Shown piece by piece: positions 58,871 to 64,000 of a DNA stretch of 64,000 nucleotides. How positions within the stretch are numbered: position 1 is the first letter of the stretch; each line of letters opens with the position of its first letter. The translations under genes and the position numbers were made by a program. Source of the DNA: Candidatus Nezhaarchaeales archaeon (GTDB lineage Archaea > Thermoproteota > Methanomethylicia > Nezhaarchaeales > WYZ-LMO8); assembly GCA_038887515.1 (NCBI GenBank), contig JAWAKK010000001.1, positions 390,205-454,204 on the forward strand. Direction: 5' to 3'. The notes beneath the pieces were generated by a model, which was given only the letters and a program-made list of their open reading frames with translations, searched no databases and was not told the origin of the DNA.

Positions 58871-59077
58871 CTAGTAGTTGAAACTTCGACGCTTCGACGT
58901 AAAGTACAATGCTTTGTGAAAACTTTTGTCTTCAAGAGGTTTATGAAACTCTTTCGTTAAGAGATCTCTGAGGGCTGTCCTTATTGCTTCACTCCTCGAA
59001 GGGTAAATCCCTGACCTAACAAGCTCATCCAGCTCTCTTAAGTAGGCTTCAGGAATTTTGACCGTTATTATCCTCAT
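58871..59077 (-). CDS. Ribbon-helix-helix (CopG/Arc/MetJ-type) DNA-binding protein
   Basis: 'IITVKIPEAYLRELDELVRSGIYPSRSEAIRTALRDLL' is a beta-strand plus two helices. Confidence 0.55.
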   Translation of the reverse strand: MRIITVKIPEAYLRELDELVRSGIYPSRSEAIRTALRDLLTKEFHKPLEDKSFHKALYFTSKRRSFNY

Positions 59078-59376
59078 CCTATCACCTATAACGTAGGGAT
59101 AACACGTTCAATAAAAGGATAGGTTATATTCTTGAATTATACATCAAAATATGCTCTCTTATTAGAATTTAAACGACCATGGCAATGGTTTTTATCAAAA
59201 GTCATCAGTTAAAGGTCAAATCACGATAAGTGAATTATTGCGAGCTTAAACCCGTTACTTAAGAAAGTCCGGGCGACTTGAAAGTACAAATTAATTTACA
59301 GCTGACTTCTCACATAAAGCTTATATTAAATACAGTTTCAGGCTAACTTCGTGTCGAATTGTCTCGGTGATGAGTA

Positions 59377-60837
59377 TTGAAATTGATAAAGAGTACAAGG
59401 AGCCTATGCCCCGAATGCCTACAAGTTATCGATGCAAGCGTTTACGAAGAAAATGGGCGCGTATATATTTCTAAATCATGCCCTCAGCACGGAGAGTTCA
59501 CAGACGTCTATTGGAGCGACTACGAACTTTACTGCGAAGCCGAGAAGTGGAGTGTCGTAGGCACGGGTATATGGAACCCTCAAAAGAAGAAAGAGAAGGG
59601 TTGCCCTTACGATTGCGGATTATGCGAGAACCATAAGACCTGTACAGTGCTAGGAATCATAGATGTCACAAATAGATGCAACCTTAATTGCCCGATATGT
59701 TTTGCCCACGCAGGAGCTATCGGTTACCTCTATGAACCAAATAAGGATCAGATAAGACAAATGCTAAAGAACCTTAGAGGGCTTAAACCCATACCTCCTA
59801 CAGCTCTTCAATACTCAGGCGGGGAACCTACCATTAGAAAGGATTTACCAGAGCTAGTTGCCATGGCTAAGGAGGAGGGCTTTAGGCACGTAGAGGTCAA
59901 CAGCAACGGTATTGTTCTGGCAAAGAACATAGATTTCTATAAGGAGTTGCTTGATGCAGGCATGTCAACTATATACCTTCAGTTCGATGGCTTAACGGAT
60001 GACGTCTACATTAAGACAAGAGGGCTCCCGCTTCTTGACGTCAAGTTTAGAGTTATAGAAAACGCCAGAAAATTGAATCACGACTCCATAGTTCTAGTGG
60101 TGACCCTCGTCAAGGGGATTAACGATCATCAATTGGGCGATATAATAAGGTTTGCAGCCAAGAACTGCGATGTTGTTAGAGGGATAAACGTCCAGCCGGT
60201 CTCGATAACCGGAAGGATAAATAAAGCAGAGAGAGAAAAGATGAGGATAACTATACCAGACTTTATGAAGCTATGCGAAGAACAGACTGGAGGATCAATT
60301 AGGGTCTCTGATTTTAGGCCAGTACCTTGGCCTGTGGCTTTAGCTAGAGCTGTTGGAGCTCTTAAAGGCAAGAGCTATCCAGAGTTCACGGCTCACCCAC
60401 ATTGTGGTGTTGCCACGTTCTTCTTGGTAGAAGGCGATGATATCATTCCCGTGACAAGATACGTAAATGTAGATAAGGTAGCAGAGGACTTCTGGGAGGT
60501 CTATAAGCTTGCATCTGAAGGTAAAAGGTTTAGAGCATACATAAAACTTATGAAGACTAGTAGCCGAATTAAGGGAAGGCTTAGGAAGTACATGTTGAGC
60601 GTACTAGTTAAAGGATCTTATGATGCTCTCGGACAACTCATGAGAAAGATGGTGTTGCTGGGCTGCATGCACTTCATGGATCCTTACAACTTTGATACCC
60701 AAAGAGTTGAGAGGTGCTGCATTCACTACGCTCTACCTGATGGAACCATAAGGCCCTTCTGCACCTACAATAGCATCCATCGATCGTCAGTGGAAAAAGC
60801 CTTGAGTACCCCAATTTCGCTTAAAACTGAGAGTTGA
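59377..60837 (+). CDS. Radical SAM enzyme (486 aa) with N-terminal rubredoxin-like zinc ribbon and additional Cys clusters; possibly related to tetraether-lipid synthase (Tes/GDGT-MAS)-type enzymes
   Basis: TTG start. 'CPEC...SCPQHG', then 'CPYDCGLCENHKTC', then 'TNRCNLNCPICFA' (radical SAM CxxxCxxC). C-terminal 'RCCIHYALPDGTIRPFCTYN'. The family assignment is tentative. Confidence 0.6.
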   Translation: MKLIKSTRSLCPECLQVIDASVYEENGRVYISKSCPQHGEFTDVYWSDYELYCEAEKWSVVGTGIWNPQKKKEKGCPYDCGLCENHKTCTVLGIIDVTNRCNLNCPICFAHAGAIGYLYEPNKDQIRQMLKNLRGLKPIPPTALQYSGGEPTIRKDLPELVAMAKEEGFRHVEVNSNGIVLAKNIDFYKELLDAGMSTIYLQFDGLTDDVYIKTRGLPLLDVKFRVIENARKLNHDSIVLVVTLVKGINDHQLGDIIRFAAKNCDVVRGINVQPVSITGRINKAEREKMRITIPDFMKLCEEQTGGSIRVSDFRPVPWPVALARAVGALKGKSYPEFTAHPHCGVATFFLVEGDDIIPVTRYVNVDKVAEDFWEVYKLASEGKRFRAYIKLMKTSSRIKGRLRKYMLSVLVKGSYDALGQLMRKMVLLGCMHFMDPYNFDTQRVERCCIHYALPDGTIRPFCTYNSIHRSSVEKALSTPISLKTES

Positions 60838-60847
60838 CCTAGTAAAT

Positions 60848-61714
60848 ATGACTAGGAAAGGCCTACTAAGAGAGTTAACCAAAAAGATTGCACCGCCAAA
60901 TTTATTGGAGAAGGTACCTAAAGGATTTGAGATCATAGGGGACATAGCAATTCTAAACATACCAAGAGAGCTTGAAGAATATAGATTTAATGTGGCCGAA
61001 ACCCTCCTAAATTACTTAAAACCTAGAATTAGGCTCGTAGTCAGAAGGACATCACCTGCCAAGGATCCTGAAAGGGTTCATAATTATGAAATCTTGGCAG
61101 GGTCTGGAAGCTTTGAGACTTTACATAGAGAGAGCGGATGTGTTTTTAAGTTAGATATATCCAAGGTATTCTTTACGTCTAGACTTCAATACGAGAGGTA
61201 TAGGATAGCAAGTATCGTTAAGCCTGGCGAGCTTATAATAAACATGTTTGCGGGTGTAGGACCTTATTCGATAATCATAGCGAAGAGGGTTCCGGGCGTT
61301 AAAGTTTACTCCATAGATGTAAACCCTGAAGCTTACAGGTTCATGGTGGAGAATATAAAGTTGAATAATGTTGAAGACAAAGTCGTACCGCTTTTAGGCG
61401 ACGCATCAGAAGTCATAGATACTCACGATCTTAAAGGCATAGCGGACAGGGTTCTAATGCCATCGCCTGAACATGCAATTAACCACTTAGTTAAGGCTGT
61501 TAAGGCTTTGAAGAGAGAAGGATTCATCCATTACTATGATGTGGCTTGTCGAGTAGATGACTTGCAAGGTTACGTAGAAGATAAAGTATCGCCAATTCTA
61601 GACGACTTAAACTTGGAGTGGAAGATAAGCTTTGTTAGACCTATAAGATCTGTGGCCCCCTACAAGCGCTACGTTTGTGCCGATATTTACTTGAATAAGA
61701 AACGGGCTTGCTAA
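60848..61714 (+). CDS. Trm5/Taw2 (Met-10+)-family class I SAM-dependent tRNA methyltransferase or aminocarboxypropyltransferase
   Basis: 'INMFAGVGPYSIIIAK' is the SAM motif I. 'VYSIDVNPEAY' and 'DRVLMPSP' follow the Met-10+ pattern. Confidence 0.6.
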   Translation: MTRKGLLRELTKKIAPPNLLEKVPKGFEIIGDIAILNIPRELEEYRFNVAETLLNYLKPRIRLVVRRTSPAKDPERVHNYEILAGSGSFETLHRESGCVFKLDISKVFFTSRLQYERYRIASIVKPGELIINMFAGVGPYSIIIAKRVPGVKVYSIDVNPEAYRFMVENIKLNNVEDKVVPLLGDASEVIDTHDLKGIADRVLMPSPEHAINHLVKAVKALKREGFIHYYDVACRVDDLQGYVEDKVSPILDDLNLEWKISFVRPIRSVAPYKRYVCADIYLNKKRAC

Positions 61715-61992
61715 GTCACTCTCCTAACTTTACACACTATGACTTGATCAATGCTTCTTATGGCTGCACTGTTTTCAACTATTATTTTCGTTACCTCATC
61801 GAAATCTATGTTTGAACCAGTGATTGTTATTTTAACGGTTTCAGTTTTTGCGTCAACTTCCGTCACGATTACATCGACTTCTCTGACACCTTTAGCTGAG
61901 CATATTGCCCTAGATAGTTCTGTTATAGGTATCTCTCTCGGCTTTAACGCATCTATGAGGAGCTTCCTTATAACTATTGACATATGAAACAC
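61711..61992 (-). CDS. DUF211-family small protein
   Basis: 'RKLLIDALKPREIPITELSRAI...VREVDVIVTEVDAKTETVKITITGSNIDFDEV' matches recalled DUF211 sequences. Confidence 0.5.
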   Translation of the reverse strand: MFHMSIVIRKLLIDALKPREIPITELSRAICSAKGVREVDVIVTEVDAKTETVKITITGSNIDFDEVTKIIVENSAAIRSIDQVIVCKVRRVT

Positions 61993-62001
61993 CTAATACA
62001 C

Positions 62002-62655
62002 TTATACATAGATTCCGAGCAAGACTATAACCATTGCTGATGCAATTCCAGCCATTACCATATACAAGATGTACCCTACAGGCTTATTTCTAGCTATCCT
62101 ACCTAAGAAGAAGCCCAATAAGCCTAGCATCACAATGCTAATCACCATTGAAGTTATGACGCTCACGGTGAAGTCCAACATAAATACTTGAGAGGCTACG
62201 AAGGGCATCGATAGAATCGTGCACACTATGAGAGGCGAAATTCCATCAATTACTGAAACTATGAAGACCGCCAATCTCGATGACTTTTCAAATATAGATC
62301 CCTTCATTTCTTGAAACATAGTTTCTTCGAGTTCACGTACCTTTCTTTCTCTCTCAGCTTTCTCGGTCAAATAAGCCCCTAAAGATCCTGAAAAGAACAT
62401 CGCTAAACCGGCTGAAAGTATAGTCCTAACTATTATGCTCGGATTTTCAATGCCTGAAATCCACATGCCCATTATTATCCCTAACGCGGCTAAAGCACCG
62501 TCGAACATATTCATGACAAAGTATCTTCTACATATTTCGGTTACTCCACTTATTACTATCATTCTTTTAATGCTAGCACTAGGTTTACGCTTAAGTATAG
62601 TAGGCGTATGAACCTTATAACGCCGTTTCGACCCGTTACTACCATGTTCCTCCAT
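62002..62655 (-). CDS. VIT1/CCC1-family (DUF125) putative Fe/Mn transporter
   Basis: 'MFDGALAALGIIMG...GLAMFFSGSLGAYLTEKAERE' with a C-terminal TM bundle. Confidence 0.5.
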   Translation of the reverse strand: MEEHGSNGSKRRYKVHTPTILKRKPSASIKRMIVISGVTEICRRYFVMNMFDGALAALGIIMGMWISGIENPSIIVRTILSAGLAMFFSGSLGAYLTEKAERERKVRELEETMFQEMKGSIFEKSSRLAVFIVSVIDGISPLIVCTILSMPFVASQVFMLDFTVSVITSMVISIVMLGLLGFFLGRIARNKPVGYILYMVMAGIASAMVIVLLGIYV

Positions 62656-62788
62656 ATGCTCTAGCGCAAAGTGACACCCCTCTATTCGGGGGTTTAAGTT
62701 TTATGCTTTTATTACGTAAGACGTTGAGAAGTAAAACTTATTAGCCTTCTATAAAAAGTTGTAGGCTTGCGGAGGCTTCAGATCATGG

Positions 62789-64000
62789 GTGATCGTCAAA
62801 TCGAGGTTCATTGAGATATACGATACCACTCTAAGGGATGGAGCTCAAGGCGTTGGGATTAGCTTCTCGCTTCAAGACAAAATAAGTTTAACGTTAAAAC
62901 TCGACGAGTTCGGAATACCCTTCATTGAAGGGGGTTGGCCCTTCTCAAACCCCAAGGATGAAGAGTTCTTTAAAGCAATAAAGAATTATCACCTTAAGTA
63001 TGCTAAAATAACAGCTTTTGGAAGCACTAAGAGGAAAGACGTTAAACCTGAAAATGACGAAAACCTTAATGCTATAATCGACTGCGGCGTAGATTACGCA
63101 ACGATATTTGGTAAAGCGTGGACCCTTCATGTCAGGGAGGTTTTAAAAGTTAAGCTCCATGACAACCTAGATATGATATACGATTCGATAAGCTATCTAA
63201 GGGACCATGGAATAAAAGTGATATTTGATGTCGAACACTTCTACGATGGTTACAAGGAGGATCCCGAGTACGCTATAAAGGTACTCGAAGTTGCTTGGGA
63301 AGCCGGTGCCGAGAGACTTGTTCTATGCGATACCAATGGAGGTACCCTGACTCACGAGTTCTACGAAATAACGAAGAAAATATGCGAAAAGTTTGGCAGC
63401 AGTATAGGAGTCCACTGTCACAACGACTCTGGATTAGCCGTGGCCAATAGCTTAATGGCTGTAATAGCCGGGGCAGTTCATGTTCAAGGGACCATTAACG
63501 GTATTGGAGAAAGATGTGGTAATGCAGATCTCTGTCAAGTAATTCCTGCTTTGGAACTTAAAATGGGCCTTAAAGCTTTAAGGAAAGCTAATGGACTTCA
63601 AGAGCTTAAAACGCTTTCGACATTTGTATATGACCTCGTCGGGATGGATCCCAATCCGTATCAACCCTACACGGGACAATACGCGTTTGCTCATAAAGCT
63701 GGTGCGCATAGCGACGGAGTAATAAAAGTGTCGAGGGCATATGAGCATATAGACCCATCGCTTGTAGGTAATGAAAGGCTTATAACCGTCTCTGAGCTTT
63801 CGGGTAGATCCGCTATAGTCTACAAGGCTAGAAAGTTCGGGCTGAACCTTGATAGAAACGATTCTGTGGTCCTAAAGGTTTTGAGAACGGTCAAAGAACT
63901 CGAATCTTCCGGCAAGAGATACGAAGATGCTGATGGCTCGCTTTACCTTCTAATACTGAAGTCCATGGGTAAATATAGGCCTCACTTTGAAGTATTGTCG
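62789..64000 (+). CDS. 2-Isopropylmalate/citramalate synthase (LeuA/CimA family), 5' portion; continues past window end
   Basis: GTG start at 62789 with GGAGG 14 nt upstream. 'EIYDTTLRDGAQG' and 'VHCHNDSGLAVANSLMAVIAGAVHVQGTINGIGERCGNADL'. This ORF is not in the supplied track because it lacks an ATG and runs off the window. Confidence 0.8.
   Translation, partial: MIVKSRFIEIYDTTLRDGAQGVGISFSLQDKISLTLKLDEFGIPFIEGGWPFSNPKDEEFFKAIKNYHLKYAKITAFGSTKRKDVKPENDENLNAIIDCGVDYATIFGKAWTLHVREVLKVKLHDNLDMIYDSISYLRDHGIKVIFDVEHFYDGYKEDPEYAIKVLEVAWEAGAERLVLCDTNGGTLTHEFYEITKKICEKFGSSIGVHCHNDSGLAVANSLMAVIAGAVHVQGTINGIGERCGNADLCQVIPALELKMGLKALRKANGLQELKTLSTFVYDLVGMDPNPYQPYTGQYAFAHKAGAHSDGVIKVSRAYEHIDPSLVGNERLITVSELSGRSAIVYKARKFGLNLDRNDSVVLKVLRTVKELESSGKRYEDADGSLYLLILKSMGKYRPHFEVLS

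Noticed and set aside
59377-60837. TYW1 (wyosine radical-SAM) assignment because of the adjacent Trm5/Taw2-like gene
   Set aside because: Archaeal TYW1 is about 310-340 aa with two clusters. This protein is 486 aa with a rubredoxin-like N-terminus and extra Cys clusters.
1-64000. tRNA/rRNA genes, IS elements or integrases explaining the gene fragments
   Set aside because: No T-loop-like GTTCGAATC-type sequence with matching acceptor stems was seen in intergenic regions. No transposase or integrase-like ORF and no terminal inverted repeats flank the relics. A systematic tRNAscan or ISfinder search could not be run.

Overview
The window reads as an archaeal chromosomal segment, most likely crenarchaeal (Thermoprotei-like). 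By eye it is about 43-45% GC, uses TTG/GTG starts often, has many ATGA-type stop/start overlaps and no recognisable bacterial signals. All calls below are motif-based recall from the sequence and the six-frame track; no searches were run.

Gene content, in order:
- Start of window: sufC (C-terminal end) and sufB. Downstream lies an MFS transporter, with a truncated NDP-forming acyl-CoA synthetase fragment on the opposite strand between them.
- A molybdate/tungstate-type ABC transporter (ModABC/WtpABC-like).
- The cbiMNQO cobalt ECF transporter.
- Two gene relics: the N-terminus of apgM and a cobN fragment.
- A partial anaerobic cobalamin block, cbiC-cbiD-cbiE-cbiT-cbiL. cbiL is truncated and is followed by a roughly 85-nt relic of a sufB/D 3' end.
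- A CDF efflux protein and a second MFS transporter.
- A secreted subtilisin.
- A TasA/camelysin-like locus that I rate as the most interesting feature. It has three paralogous secreted subunits and a signal peptidase I fused to a polytopic membrane domain, laid out like tapA-sipW-tasA. Small wHTH regulators sit next to it.
- DUF72, a sugar nucleotidyltransferase, and an lhr-mpe helicase/metallophosphoesterase pair.
- An M42 peptidase and a Clp1-like polynucleotide kinase.
- A second, roughly 80%-identical copy of the MFS gene. It contains an 83-nt stretch that is perfectly identical to the first copy.
- A coiled-coil/transglutaminase-like membrane protein, a NitT/TauT-family ABC transporter and a DUF364 protein.
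- Two frameshifted/truncated transporter genes.
- Nitroreductase, pyruvate kinase, a yhhQ-like transporter with queC, PhoH-KH and an Nre-like protein.
- A polyferredoxin with a tungsten-type aldehyde:ferredoxin oxidoreductase, then GalT and phosphoglucomutase.
- An ACT-V4R protein with a processive GT2 synthase.
- A ribbon-helix-helix protein, a large radical-SAM protein with a rubredoxin-like N-terminus, a Trm5/Taw2-like methyltransferase, DUF211, a VIT1-like transporter and the start of leuA/cimA.

I found no rRNA, tRNA, CRISPR array or recognisable IS element.
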